Part shown: one piece after another, positions 24,616 through 34,963 of the stretch | Numbering within the stretch: position 1 is the first letter of the stretch | Layout: each line of letters begins with the position of its first letter | Assembly: GCA_034004115.1 (NCBI GenBank) | Contig: JAVEXG010000004.1 | Location: forward strand, 4,593 to 68,592 | Length of the DNA: 64,000 nucleotides | Direction of reading: 5' to 3' | Source of the DNA: Bacteroidales bacterium | GTDB lineage: Bacteria; Bacteroidota; Bacteroidia; Bacteroidales; VadinHA17 | Translations under genes and position numbers: made by a program | The notes under the pieces: generated by a model | Databases searched by the model: none | The model's input: the letters and a program-made list of their open reading frames with translations, nothing else | What the model was told of the DNA's origin: nothing

Positions 24616-25461
24616 ATGCCGGATTTGCAGAAGCCGATAGCACTTTACCTGATTGAGAAAAGGAACATTATCAACCTTATTCTCTTCACGGCTCTGTTCG
24701 CGCTTGTGTTTATAAACATATATTCACCGTTCGGGGCAGATGAATGGTTCAGCCTGACAAAATTCCAGTTTTTTTCCTATTCCAGCCTTGTTATCCTTGC
24801 TGGCGTGCTGGTGGTTGTTGTAAGCCGGGTAATTATGTACCAGGTTTGCAAAAGGAGAATAATCAACCTTGGACAGTTTTATATATGGATCGCAGCAGAA
24901 GTGCTGGCAATGGCTCTCTTCTATTCGATTTTCGAGAAGTTCGTTCTGAACGACGTCAGGGAATTCGTTTATCTTGTGAAAATGTCGGCCCGGAACACCG
25001 CACTGGTCCTTCTCCTTCCGTATTCGGTTGCATGGCTTTATCTTTCGGGGCGCGACAAGAAGGAACAGATAAGGATACTCGAGGGATTGTCAACCGATCC
25101 CACTCCCGGCATGATCCCCTTTTACGATGACAAATCGGTTCTCAAGCTGTCGGTTAAGAAAGAAAGCCTGCTATATCTCGAAGCAACGGAGAACTATATA
25201 ACCGTATGTTACCTCAACAAGGGGAAAGTGTCAAAATACCTTCTGAGGGCGACAATGAAAAGAATGGAGGAAAGCTTCGCGGGAACAGGTATAATCAGGT
25301 GTCACCGATCCTATATGGTCAATTTCGAAAAGGTAAAGGTGATCCGCAGGGACAAGGACAACCTGAAGCTGGAACTCGATCACCCTGATGTGACGGATAT
25401 CCCGCTCTCAAAAACCTATCTTCAGAATGTCATGCAGTCATTTGCCAAATACAGCGAATAG
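24616..25461 (+). CDS. Membrane-tethered LytTR-domain DNA-binding protein
   Basis: 281 aa. About 4 TM segments in residues 15-140. C-terminal LytTR pattern (LLYLEATENYITVCYLN...RCHRSYMVNFEKV). Confidence 0.85.
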   Translation: MPDLQKPIALYLIEKRNIINLILFTALFALVFINIYSPFGADEWFSLTKFQFFSYSSLVILAGVLVVVVSRVIMYQVCKRRIINLGQFYIWIAAEVLAMALFYSIFEKFVLNDVREFVYLVKMSARNTALVLLLPYSVAWLYLSGRDKKEQIRILEGLSTDPTPGMIPFYDDKSVLKLSVKKESLLYLEATENYITVCYLNKGKVSKYLLRATMKRMEESFAGTGIIRCHRSYMVNFEKVKVIRRDKDNLKLELDHPDVTDIPLSKTYLQNVMQSFAKYSE

Positions 25462-25680
25462 CGGAATCTAAAACGGCAACCAGCAACATTTCCTGGCTTT
25501 TATTTGTTTCGAAGCAATCGCCCCGGCCTTCTCCTTCACTTTTTTGCGATTTTTGAAGACCATCCAACCCGACAGTATTATCAATATGCTTGTTATCATT
25601 CAGACTTTATATGTGTTATTACATAATAACAGACAACAAGCTCTTTTGTTTTATTCCATCGTGTCGTGAATATCTTATTG

Positions 25681-26796
25681 TCAGGCTGTTTTCCTGTACC
25701 TGTTGATGGCAAGAGTCGTGAAAATAACCGCGATTGCAGTAAGGGCGAATAAATCTCCCCTGATATCACTCAGAGTCGATCCCTTTAACATTATCATCCT
25801 GTTTATTCTCATCAGGTAGGCCACGGGATTTGCCATGTCGATCTTCTGTGCCCACCCCGGCATGCTTTCGAGGGGAGTGAAGATCCCGCTCATAAGAATG
25901 AAGATTATCATGAAGAAAAATGCCACAAACATGAACTGCTGCTGGGTTCCCGACATGGTGGATACGAAAAGCGCAAGCCCAAGGGCTGCAACAAGGAAGA
26001 TGGCTGAGCCCAGAAACAACAGCAGAATGCTGCCCTCAAACGGGATGTCAAATACAAGTTTTCCAACAGTAAGCCCGATTGCAAGATCAATAAGCCCGAT
26101 CACAAGGAAGGGAACCATCTTTGCAGTTATAAACTGGTATTTTCTTACAGGTGTTACATTTATCTGCTCAATGGTGCCGACTTCCTTTTCCTTTACCATA
26201 TTCAGGCCGGCAAGTACAAAACCTATTGCTGCAACCAGGATTCCCAGTATTCCGGGGAGCATGTAGTGCTTGTAATTGAGCATCTCGTTATACCAGTAGC
26301 GGTGGGTGATACCTATGGTAGCCATGGCATTGGCCGCTGCGGGATTGCCCGCTTTTGCAATATCCAGGTTATAATCGCGGATGACACCCGACAGATAAGC
26401 CCACGACAACTGGGCCGTCATCGAATTGATGGCGTTGACCGAAGCCATCACTTTCGCCGGTCTTCCGGTACCGAGGTCTTTTCCGAAGCCGGTCGGGATC
26501 TGAAGGACGATGTCGGCCTTATCGCTGTAAAGCAGTTCGTTGGCCTCTTTTTCGGATGATGTCGACTGAAGTATCCTGAAAAATGGTGAGCCGTCGAGCT
26601 TGCTTATCAGTCCGCGCGATTCCGACGTCATGTCGTTGTCGATGATGCACAGCCCTGCTGATTTTATTTCAAAGGTAATTGCAGGCACGAGGATGAGCAT
26701 TTGAATTATGGGGATCCCGAAGATGGCCTTCCCGATGAACTTGTCACGGAAGATCTGAAGGAACTCTTTCTTTATCAGGTAAAGTATTGTACGCAT
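25681..26796 (-). CDS. ABC-2 type transporter permease
   Basis: 371 aa. N-terminal RDKFIG motif, a large periplasmic loop, then 5 C-terminal TM segments. It is the last gene of the efflux operon. Confidence 0.88.
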   Translation of the reverse strand: MRTILYLIKKEFLQIFRDKFIGKAIFGIPIIQMLILVPAITFEIKSAGLCIIDNDMTSESRGLISKLDGSPFFRILQSTSSEKEANELLYSDKADIVLQIPTGFGKDLGTGRPAKVMASVNAINSMTAQLSWAYLSGVIRDYNLDIAKAGNPAAANAMATIGITHRYWYNEMLNYKHYMLPGILGILVAAIGFVLAGLNMVKEKEVGTIEQINVTPVRKYQFITAKMVPFLVIGLIDLAIGLTVGKLVFDIPFEGSILLLFLGSAIFLVAALGLALFVSTMSGTQQQFMFVAFFFMIIFILMSGIFTPLESMPGWAQKIDMANPVAYLMRINRMIMLKGSTLSDIRGDLFALTAIAVIFTTLAINRYRKTA

Positions 26797-26841
26797 TATT
26801 TTGTGTCCGCTAATTTTATAAACCCCTTTTCCCCTTTATCC

Positions 26842-27951
26842 TTACTGCAGCCTTATCCTGAATTTCTTGATTGCAAGCGCTATTAAGATAATAGTCATGA
26901 AAGCCAGGATCAGGGTTTCCTTCCATACATGGGCAAACCCCGCACCCTTGATCATTATATTCTTGATTATCACAATAAAATACCTTGGCGGCAGAATGGC
27001 ACTTACCCAGTTGTATATCGCCGGCATATTTTCGATAGGGAAAATGAATCCCGAAAGCAGCACAGTCGGCAGCATCATCCCGACCAATGAAATGAAGATA
27101 GCCTGCTGCATTGTTTTCGACACTGCCGAAATGAGGATGCCTATGGAAAGCGAAAGCAGGATATACAGCATGCTCTCGGCAAGCAGCAGAATGAGGCTTC
27201 CTTTAACGGGCATGCCAAAAACCAGCCTCGAAAGGACCAGTATAGTTACTACATTCACAAATGACAGGAAGAAATATGGGGTCACTTTCCCGAGAATTAT
27301 CTGGACAGGTTTCAGCGGTGAAACCAGCAGCACTTCCATTGTCCCGAATTCCTTCTCCCTAGTCAGGGTGATTGATGTCATCAGGGCGCATATAAGTATC
27401 ATTATCATTGTAATCACCCCCGGAACAAACATGAACTGGCTCTTGAGGGACGGATTGTAGAACATCCTGACTTCCGGCACTATTACGGGCACAGACGCCT
27501 GGCCTGCCGGCATAATTTGCTGGTTGTACCCGGATATGATCGCTGTGGCATAATTGGTTACAAGCGTGGCCATATTGGGCTCCGATCCGTCAGCTATAAT
27601 GCTCATCCTGGCGTTTTTACCGGCTTCCAGATCCCTTCCGAAATCTTCCCCGAAAATTATCACCGCCTTTGCCTTTCCGCTTCTGAGAATCATGTCGATA
27701 TCCTGATAGCTTGACAGATCAGCGGCCTTTCTGAAAAATCCGGATGAACATATCTTATCCGTGAGTTCAGTGCTTACATCATCCTTTGAGAGATCAAGGA
27801 AGGCAAGGCTCGCGTTTTTGAGATCGGTGCTCACCACATATCCGAAAAGGATTATCATCACGGCAGGAAGCCCGAACAATATTATGAGGGTTCTGACATC
27901 CCTGAATATGTGGATGAACTCTTTTCTTACAAATCCTAAAAATCTCCTCAT
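26842..27951 (-). CDS. ABC-2 type transporter permease
   Basis: 369 aa paralog of the neighbouring permease (FRDVRTLIILFGLP...). 4-nt overlap with the upstream ATPase gene. Confidence 0.88.
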   Translation of the reverse strand: MRRFLGFVRKEFIHIFRDVRTLIILFGLPAVMIILFGYVVSTDLKNASLAFLDLSKDDVSTELTDKICSSGFFRKAADLSSYQDIDMILRSGKAKAVIIFGEDFGRDLEAGKNARMSIIADGSEPNMATLVTNYATAIISGYNQQIMPAGQASVPVIVPEVRMFYNPSLKSQFMFVPGVITMIMILICALMTSITLTREKEFGTMEVLLVSPLKPVQIILGKVTPYFFLSFVNVVTILVLSRLVFGMPVKGSLILLLAESMLYILLSLSIGILISAVSKTMQQAIFISLVGMMLPTVLLSGFIFPIENMPAIYNWVSAILPPRYFIVIIKNIMIKGAGFAHVWKETLILAFMTIILIALAIKKFRIRLQ

Positions 27952-28727
27952 ACTTCTCTGTTGTTGTCAGCCGTTTCAGACTCTTTTTCGTGTTTCATGC
28001 CCGGCCTTGCTATTTTCACAAAGACTTCCTCAACCGATTCTGCATCATATTGCTTCTTAAGCTCAGCCGGGGTGTCGATTGCAACTATCCTTCCTTCATT
28101 CATGATCGATACCCGGTCGCAGTATTCGGCCTCGTCCATGTAGTGGGTGGTTACAAAGACAGTGATCCCCCGTGCAGCCGTTTCGTATATCATTTCCCAG
28201 AACTGCCTGCGTGTTATGGGGTCGACTCCTCCTGTGGGTTCATCGAGGAAGACTATCCGGGGTTCATGAAAAACGGCAACTGAAAAGGCAAGCTTCTGCT
28301 TTAGTCCGAGCGGGAGGGATGAGATCAGCCTGTCGCCGTACTCCTTGAAATTCAGCCTTTCGAGAAGCTGATTTGTCCTTTCCCTTATCAGAGCCTTGCC
28401 GAGGCCATAGATGCCGCCGTAAAGCATAATGTTTTCCCTGATTGTCAGATCGTCGTACAGCGAAAACTTCTGGCACATGTACCCGATGTTCTTTTTTATC
28501 TCCTCCGGCTGGCGGCGGGCATCGAACCCTGCCACAATTACTTCGCCTGATGTCGGTTCCGACAGGCCCGTAAGTATCCTGATGGCAGTAGTCTTACCGG
28601 CTCCGTTGGCCCCGAGAAAACCGAATATCTCGCCTTCGTACACCTCGAAGCTGAGGTTGTCGTTTGCAACGAAACTTCCGAACTTCTTTACGAGGTTTCT
28701 TACCTTTATTACCGGGTTGCGAGTCAT
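27948..28727 (-). CDS. ABC transporter ATP-binding protein
   Basis: 259 aa. Walker A GANGAGKTT, signature-like LPLGLKQKL, Walker B VFLDEPTGGVD. Confidence 0.92.
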   Translation of the reverse strand: MTRNPVIKVRNLVKKFGSFVANDNLSFEVYEGEIFGFLGANGAGKTTAIRILTGLSEPTSGEVIVAGFDARRQPEEIKKNIGYMCQKFSLYDDLTIRENIMLYGGIYGLGKALIRERTNQLLERLNFKEYGDRLISSLPLGLKQKLAFSVAVFHEPRIVFLDEPTGGVDPITRRQFWEMIYETAARGITVFVTTHYMDEAEYCDRVSIMNEGRIVAIDTPAELKKQYDAESVEEVFVKIARPGMKHEKESETADNNREV

Positions 28728-29650
28728 AGCTTCCTTGTTTCTTCCTTCCCCATCAGCTCCAGGAACCTGTCTTCGATTCCGGCTTCAGTTTCATTTATTA
28801 CGGCATCGGTTATCCCGTTTTTCTCCAGGAACTCAGATAATGCCTTATCGGGTTTTTCTTCCTGGAAAGTGACATGTATCGAATCGCCGAAAGGATAAAC
28901 GCTCAAAGTTCCGGGGTACTGCCTGAGGGCAATAAGCAGCCTGTATTTGTCTGCGGCTTTTGCACTGAACAATCTGCGGGAGAATCCGTCCCTTATGTTC
29001 TGAGGCTTGTCGATTGTCATTATCTGCCCGGCCTGGATAAGCGCAACCCTGTCGCACCTGATTGCCTCATCCATGTAGGGAGTCGACACTACTATGGTGA
29101 TATCATGCTGCCGCAGCTTCCTGAGCATCTCCCAGAATTCGGTACGCGACACTGCATCGACACCGGTGGTGGGTTCATCCAGGACAAGGAGCCGCGGCCT
29201 GTGGATCAGTGCACAGGAGAGTGCAAGCTTCTGTTTCATCCCACCGGAGAGCTTTCCGGCAAGCCTTTCTTTGAATGGTTCGATATGGGAATAGATATCA
29301 CTTATAAGCTCATAGTTATCTTCCACTCTGGTGCCGAAGACCGATGCGTAAAAGTTAAGGTTCTCCTCCACTGTCAGATCGAGGTAAAGGCTGAACCGCC
29401 CCGGCATGTATCCTATGTTTTCACGCAGCTTTTTAAATCCCTTTGTGCTGTCGTGACCGAGGATTGTCATGGTACCCCGGTCGGGAAGGAGCAGAGTGGT
29501 TATTATCCGGAAAAGTGTTGTCTTACCTGCACCGTCGGGACCGATGAAACCAAATATCTCACCTTCGTTTACATCAAAGGAGATATCCTTCAGAGCCTCA
29601 GTGTCCCCGAAATTCTTCCAGATTCCCGATGATTCAATTGCTTTCCGCAT
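28724..29650 (-). CDS. ABC transporter ATP-binding protein
   Basis: 308 aa. Walker A GPDGAGKTT, signature LSGGMKQKL, Walker B LVLDEPTTGVD. Confidence 0.92.
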   Translation of the reverse strand: MRKAIESSGIWKNFGDTEALKDISFDVNEGEIFGFIGPDGAGKTTLFRIITTLLLPDRGTMTILGHDSTKGFKKLRENIGYMPGRFSLYLDLTVEENLNFYASVFGTRVEDNYELISDIYSHIEPFKERLAGKLSGGMKQKLALSCALIHRPRLLVLDEPTTGVDAVSRTEFWEMLRKLRQHDITIVVSTPYMDEAIRCDRVALIQAGQIMTIDKPQNIRDGFSRRLFSAKAADKYRLLIALRQYPGTLSVYPFGDSIHVTFQEEKPDKALSEFLEKNGITDAVINETEAGIEDRFLELMGKEETRKL

Positions 29651-29654
29651 CTTT

Positions 29655-30533
29655 TCAGAAAATGACTTCTCCGGGCATTCCCGACTTCATTGTACCGTCA
29701 TTGTTTACATCAATTGTAACCGCATAAACCAGAGTAACCCTTTCTTCCTTGGTCTGGATTATTTTTGGTGTGAACTCTGCCTTGCCAGAAACATAGCTTA
29801 TCCTGCCCGGAAAGGTCTTATAGCCTTTTTCGCCTTCATCGACTCTTACGGTGCATTCACTGCCAATCTTCAGACCTCCAAGCTGAGCGCCGCTTACATA
29901 CACTTTCAGCTTCATCACCGCAAGGTCGGCAACCTTTACGAGAGGCCTGCCAGCCGCAGTAAGCTCACCGGCTTCGGCATATTTTTCAATCACTGTTCCT
30001 TTCAGCGGACTCCTGACACTACTCCTCGAGAGCTGCTCGCTGAGAGTGGCCTTTTTTGATTCATAAACCGACAGCTCTGCTGCAATTGAAGCCTTCTGGG
30101 TGTTGTTGGCAGCTATCTGCTTTTCAAGCACCGCAACCTGCCCCGCGAGATCATCATATTGCTTTTTTGTGGCAGCATCATCCTTCAGCATGTTTTCAAT
30201 CCTGGCTATGTTGACTTTCAGATTTTCTATCTGCTGGCTGAGAATCTCATTCTGGGCATTTATTGAGCCGATCTTTGTCCTGACTCCTCTCATGCCCGCG
30301 TTGATCTCATTAAGCTGAAGGTGGAAAAGAGTGGTGTCAATCAGTGCAATTTCTGCTTCTTCCTCAATCTCAGTCCCTTCCGTGGCCGTGAATGTGAGAA
30401 TGCGTCCGCTTGTCTCGGATGAGACGGTGACTTCTGTGGCTTCAAAAGTCCCGAAGGCATCAGCTTCGCCTGATTTATTTTTGCAGCCTGCAACAAGAAC
30501 CACGGCGATGATAATTAGTGTAGAGGGTTTCAT
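29655..30533 (-). CDS. HlyD-family periplasmic adaptor (lipoprotein)
   Basis: 292 aa. Lipobox VLVAGC, a long coiled-coil segment, and a C-terminal beta-barrel (VRSPLKGTVIEK...GMPGEV). Confidence 0.88.
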   Translation of the reverse strand: MKPSTLIIIAVVLVAGCKNKSGEADAFGTFEATEVTVSSETSGRILTFTATEGTEIEEEAEIALIDTTLFHLQLNEINAGMRGVRTKIGSINAQNEILSQQIENLKVNIARIENMLKDDAATKKQYDDLAGQVAVLEKQIAANNTQKASIAAELSVYESKKATLSEQLSRSSVRSPLKGTVIEKYAEAGELTAAGRPLVKVADLAVMKLKVYVSGAQLGGLKIGSECTVRVDEGEKGYKTFPGRISYVSGKAEFTPKIIQTKEERVTLVYAVTIDVNNDGTMKSGMPGEVIF

Positions 30534-30563
30534 TTTTATCTTATTAGAGATTTTATTTATAAA

Positions 30564-31862
30564 TCATTCTGTTTCCTTCCCGCTTATGTTATAGTAATCC
30601 GCCTGGGCCATTGCCAGGTTTATTCTGTGTATCTCATGGTTTATAAGAACCTGCTTTTCAGCTGTGATCTCATTGAGGAGATCGGTGGCGGTTATTGTCC
30701 CGTTTTCGTACTGCGATTCGGCGGAAACAGTTATCCTTTTCCTGAGACTTATCAGTTCGAGATCGGTTTCAAGAAGCGCGCTGAGGCTTGATATTTCAGC
30801 CTTTTTTGCTTCAAGCATCCTGGAGAGGTTGTCGGTAAGGTCGGTCTGACGGTTTTCGATTATCACGTGTTGCAGGCCTATTATCTGTTTTTCTGTTTTT
30901 GCCTTGTTCCAGTCGAAGATGTTCCATTTGATCCCTGCTCCCAGAATATAATAAGGTGCGAATTCATCCCTGAAGAAGTTGTTGCCGGGAGGATTTCCGT
31001 AGCCCAGGGTTGCAAACCCGAATGCCTTTGGCATCCTGCGGCTGCTTATTACCTGCAGGCTTGCATCGAGCTGGTCCTTTCTGAGGTCGAATATCTCGAG
31101 CTCGGGCCTGCTTATCACATCCGTTGTATCGGTTTCGAAAGCTGGCATCACCAGTTCCGACGAAGGATCAATTTCCGTGGCCGTGAGTCCCGACAGGATC
31201 CTGAGAAGCGACTCCCTGCGTATGTGGTTCTCCCTTATCTGCTGTTCAAGCTTTATCTTCTCGGTTGTCATTACATCGATATCCGTCCGGAGTATCACGC
31301 CGTTTTCAACGCCCGACTGCATCGAGGCAATCCGTTTGGTGACGATAGCCAGGTAATTGTTGAGAAGTTCCTCCTGCCTGTCGAGCAGGAGAAGGTTGAA
31401 ATAATAAGTGTTGATCTGACTCCTGATTTTATACAGATCGGTCTCGGCCTGCTTTTCATTTATAAGGAGATCGGCTTTCTCAATGGCACGTGCACCTTTT
31501 ATGGCTCCTCCGTCGTAAATCACCTGGTTAATGTCGACGTTAACCTTGTACTGCTCATGAGGCAGGGGTTTGATTGCATCTTCAATCCCCGGTATCGGTA
31601 AAGATCCGAGGGAATTGCCTATGTCGATCACCTCCGAGTTGTATACAAGGTTGCCGGATGCATCAAGAGTCGGCAGCCATGCCCTGGAGAGATTCTTGTC
31701 CTTAAGCTCCCAGATCCGGCGGTACGAGTCTTTTTCCCCGGCCAGTGCGCTTGCGGTTTCCGCCTTTGCGTAGCAGTCCCCGAGAGTAAGTGTTAGCCCG
31801 TTCTGCCCTTCTGCAATCCACGGGATTATCAGAACGATGAATGCGAGTGTTATCCTGTTCAT
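30564..31862 (-). CDS. TolC-family outer-membrane efflux protein
   Basis: 432 aa. Signal peptide and two tandem coiled-coil/beta repeats, with position and length typical of TolC/OprM-like channels. Confidence 0.88.
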   Translation of the reverse strand: MNRITLAFIVLIIPWIAEGQNGLTLTLGDCYAKAETASALAGEKDSYRRIWELKDKNLSRAWLPTLDASGNLVYNSEVIDIGNSLGSLPIPGIEDAIKPLPHEQYKVNVDINQVIYDGGAIKGARAIEKADLLINEKQAETDLYKIRSQINTYYFNLLLLDRQEELLNNYLAIVTKRIASMQSGVENGVILRTDIDVMTTEKIKLEQQIRENHIRRESLLRILSGLTATEIDPSSELVMPAFETDTTDVISRPELEIFDLRKDQLDASLQVISSRRMPKAFGFATLGYGNPPGNNFFRDEFAPYYILGAGIKWNIFDWNKAKTEKQIIGLQHVIIENRQTDLTDNLSRMLEAKKAEISSLSALLETDLELISLRKRITVSAESQYENGTITATDLLNEITAEKQVLINHEIHRINLAMAQADYYNISGKETE

Positions 31863-31963
31863 ATATTCTTCCTTTTTCCTTTATTGCCTGTTGTTTGTTG
31901 CGCTTTGACAAGCAGATCACCCTTATGCGGAGAAGTTTTTTCCAGGTGTTGCCTTTTCTCGTT

Positions 31964-32587
31964 TTAACCGGTGTCCGATCCTTTTAATGCCCTGATTACA
32001 AAGTCGGCAGCAAAAGCCTTTCTTTTTTCCAGGTAATCGCTGAAATCATTACCGGTTTTTTCGAATATTACTTCCATTATTCCCCGTGCTGCAAAGGGGA
32101 AGATGCTTATTGACGCAATTGATGTCATCAGCTGGGGCATAATCTCCCGTGTGATATTGTATTTTTTAAGTTCTTCATGATGTTGTTTCTCGAGGATGTT
32201 CCATAAATCATTGATATTGAACCTCTGGATCAGCTTCTTTATCCTGTCGGGATTCCGGTTTACCTCATTTAAAATGAATGCGGGAAGACGGGGATTCTTC
32301 TGAAGAAATGAGATATGCTCCCTGAAGAAGAACCTTATTTTTTCCTCCAGAGTGGCTTTTTCGTCGAAAACAAGTGAAAACCTGCTGAACATCACAGTGG
32401 CCATCTTATCAAACACAGCTTCGAAAAGGTGCTCTTTGGTACGGTAATAATAATGAAGCAGTGCTTTGTTGATCCCGGCATGATTGGCTATATCCTGCAT
32501 CCTGGCTCCGTCCATGCCTTTTTCAATGAATATCTCGGTGGCCGATTCGAAGATCCTGTCCTCTGTCTGTTTTTCAGCTTCTGTCAT
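31964..32587 (-). CDS. TetR/AcrR family transcriptional regulator
   Basis: ORF 31964..32647. I prefer the internal ATG at 32587 (MTEAEKQTEDRIFESATEIFIEKGMDGARMQDIANHAGINKALLHYYY, the canonical TetR HTH). It is the first gene of the efflux operon. Confidence 0.88.
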   Translation of the reverse strand: MTEAEKQTEDRIFESATEIFIEKGMDGARMQDIANHAGINKALLHYYYRTKEHLFEAVFDKMATVMFSRFSLVFDEKATLEEKIRFFFREHISFLQKNPRLPAFILNEVNRNPDRIKKLIQRFNINDLWNILEKQHHEELKKYNITREIMPQLMTSIASISIFPFAARGIMEVIFEKTGNDFSDYLEKRKAFAADFVIRALKGSDTG

Positions 32588-32727
32588 TGATATTGACCAT
32601 TTGATTAAACTTTCGGGATGAACCATATGGTTTAACCGAATGGTCAAAAGTAAAACGGATTTTTTATATGTGCAAATTTTTTTATGATTTTTTATGTAAT
32701 TCCTACTACCGGTTTTGTTCTGTTTTT

Positions 32728-32962
32728 ACCCCCTTCCCTAACCTTCCCCCAGGGGGGAAGGGGCCTGGTAGATTCTGCAAAAGGAGGGAAGAAATGCGAA
32801 TTTCAACATTTGGTAAACGAAAATGAACATAAGGCAGGGCTTTTCACCCCTGCAGGATCCCAAAAACAATCTCATTATTCTCATTTCCCAAATATCCCCT
32901 AAAAAGTGCAGGAGTTTTCAATGGAGGAATCATTTCCCCCGTGGGGGAAATAAGAAAGGGGG
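32728..32962. repeat. C5/G5-hairpin intergenic repeat family, locus 4 (module A 32728-32763, module B-like 32933-32962)
   Basis: acccccttccctaaccttcccccaggggggaaggggc and tttcccccgtgggggaaataagaaagggggt. They match the modules at 37262-37295 and 37371-37400. Confidence 0.75.
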
Positions 32963-33080
32963 TAAGTGAGATGTTGCAACAAGAAAGGGGGAAAATGCAA
33001 TGTGTCCAGAAGAAAAAGGGATTAACGTGAAAGGAACCTCCGGGAATTGTAGGTGAAACAGTCAGGAAGTAAGTGTAACT

Positions 33081-33992
33081 TCAGAACAACTCGTCCGTTG
33101 TCAGATATTTTTCTCCCGAGTCGTAATTGAACATAAGAATGGTTGATCCTTTCTGAAGAGAGTCTCTTTTCTGATGAACCGCTGCCAGTGCTGCTCCGGT
33201 TGATATCCCCACGAACAAACCCTCTTCCCTTGCAGCTCTTCTGGTGAAAGAATAGGCTTCTTCCCTGCTTATCCTGATTACTTCGTCAATCAGCCGGGTG
33301 TCGAGTATGGAGGGTACGAATCCCGGACCTATTCCCTGAATCGGGTGGGGGCCGGGCGAACCTCCGCTCAGAACGGGTGACTGTTCGGGTTCCACGGCGA
33401 ATACCTTTATTTGCGGGAATCTTTGTTTCAGGATACCGGCGCATCCTGTAAGGTGGCCTCCTGTCCCAACACATGCAAACATGTAGTCGAGCCCGTCGGG
33501 AAAGTCACTTAGTATTTCCTGTGCCGTTGTTTTCAGATGAATGGCAGGATTGGCCGGATTGTCAAACTGCATTGGTATCCACGAGCCGGGTATCTCCGAT
33601 TTAAGCTTGTAAGCCCTTTCAATTGCTCCCTTCATCCCTTCTTCCCTCGGCGTCAGTTCGAACTCCGCCCCGTAGGCGCTCATTATCTTTCTTCTTTCAA
33701 CCGACATTGACTCAGGCATTACAAGTATGACCCTGTATTTCCTGCAGGCCGCAACCATTGCCAGCCCGATACCGGTATTTCCCGATGTCGGTTCAATTAT
33801 CACGCTTCCCGGTTTCAGCACTCCGCTTTTCTCGGCATCATCGATCATCGACAACGCAATGCGGTCCTTGATGCTGCCTCCCGGGTTTGCCTTCTCAAGC
33901 TTGATCCAAACACTGAGCGAGGGATCAAAAAGCCTGTTTATCTTTACAACCGGGGTGTTTCCTATAAGATCGAGTACTGAATCTGCTTTCAT
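33081..33992 (-). CDS. cysK: Cysteine synthase A (O-acetylserine sulfhydrylase)
   Basis: 303 aa. NPGGSIKDR (PLP Lys), [18 protein letters not shown]. Confidence 0.93.
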   Translation of the reverse strand: MKADSVLDLIGNTPVVKINRLFDPSLSVWIKLEKANPGGSIKDRIALSMIDDAEKSGVLKPGSVIIEPTSGNTGIGLAMVAACRKYRVILVMPESMSVERRKIMSAYGAEFELTPREEGMKGAIERAYKLKSEIPGSWIPMQFDNPANPAIHLKTTAQEILSDFPDGLDYMFACVGTGGHLTGCAGILKQRFPQIKVFAVEPEQSPVLSGGSPGPHPIQGIGPGFVPSILDTRLIDEVIRISREEAYSFTRRAAREEGLFVGISTGAALAAVHQKRDSLQKGSTILMFNYDSGEKYLTTDELF

Positions 33993-34009
33993 AATTATCC
34001 TCTGGTGAA

Positions 34010-34789
34010 CTAAATAATAAAATTGATTGGTTCCCTGAAACTATTTGCGTCCCTGACCACTATCTGGCTCTTGTGATAGACAACCGAAAAGGGGGCAACG
34101 CTTTCTGTGAGCCATACATTTCCGCCGATTATGCTGTTCCTTCCCACCACTGTTTCTCCTCCAAGGATAGTGCTCCCAGCATAGAGGATCACATTGTCGC
34201 CTATTGTAGGGTGACGCTTCCTTGCTGCCTTTCCCTTGTTTACACTCAATGCCCCGAGGGTTACTCCCTGGTAAAGCTTTACATTGTTCCCTATCTCTGT
34301 TGTCTCCCCGATAACTATCCCTGTTCCGTGGTCAATCGAAAACGGGCTTCCGATCCTGGCCCCTGGATGGATGTCAATACCCGTTTCCCTGTGCGCATAC
34401 TCGGTTATCATCCTTGGCAGCAGAGGCACACCGTAACCTGCAAGAGAGTGGGCGATCCTGTAGCAAAATATGGCAAAAAAGCCGGGATATACCGCTACAA
34501 CCTCTATCAGCTGTGTTGCTGCCGGGTCGGATTCAAGAATGAACTCAGCATCGCGGAGAAGGGTCTTTTTCAGTTCCGGAAGGATTTCAAGGAAATCAGC
34601 CGTAATCTTCTCCTTTTCGTCAGCCAGGCTGTCGAGAGCCAGAAGCAGATGCTCCCTTGCCGAGCCATCCCTGTCGTGAGGTTCCGCTTCAGCCATCTTT
34701 TCTCCGAATGGGAACATCAGTTTGAATGTGGTCCTGACAAACCGTACAACGGCCTTGTTGTCGGGTATCCACGCTTTACGTTTAGTCAA
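34010..34789 (-). CDS. cysE: Serine O-acetyltransferase
   Basis: 259 aa. Hexapeptide-repeat C-terminal half ([41 protein letters not shown]) and a SATase N-terminal helical region. Adjacent to cysK. Confidence 0.9.
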   Translation of the reverse strand: MTKRKAWIPDNKAVVRFVRTTFKLMFPFGEKMAEAEPHDRDGSAREHLLLALDSLADEKEKITADFLEILPELKKTLLRDAEFILESDPAATQLIEVVAVYPGFFAIFCYRIAHSLAGYGVPLLPRMITEYAHRETGIDIHPGARIGSPFSIDHGTGIVIGETTEIGNNVKLYQGVTLGALSVNKGKAARKRHPTIGDNVILYAGSTILGGETVVGRNSIIGGNVWLTESVAPFSVVYHKSQIVVRDANSFREPINFII

Positions 34790-34963
34790 TTTTCCCTGAT
34801 TTTATTTACAATTATACATCAGTTTGGATAAGGTGTTCGCAAAGTTATATAAAATGAGGCAACGAGATTGAATTTTATCTCTGACATACCAGATGATTAT
34901 TAAATCCTTAATTTTGGTTGAGAATAATATTCCGTTCTGCCGGCACGTCTTAAACTGCTTTGT

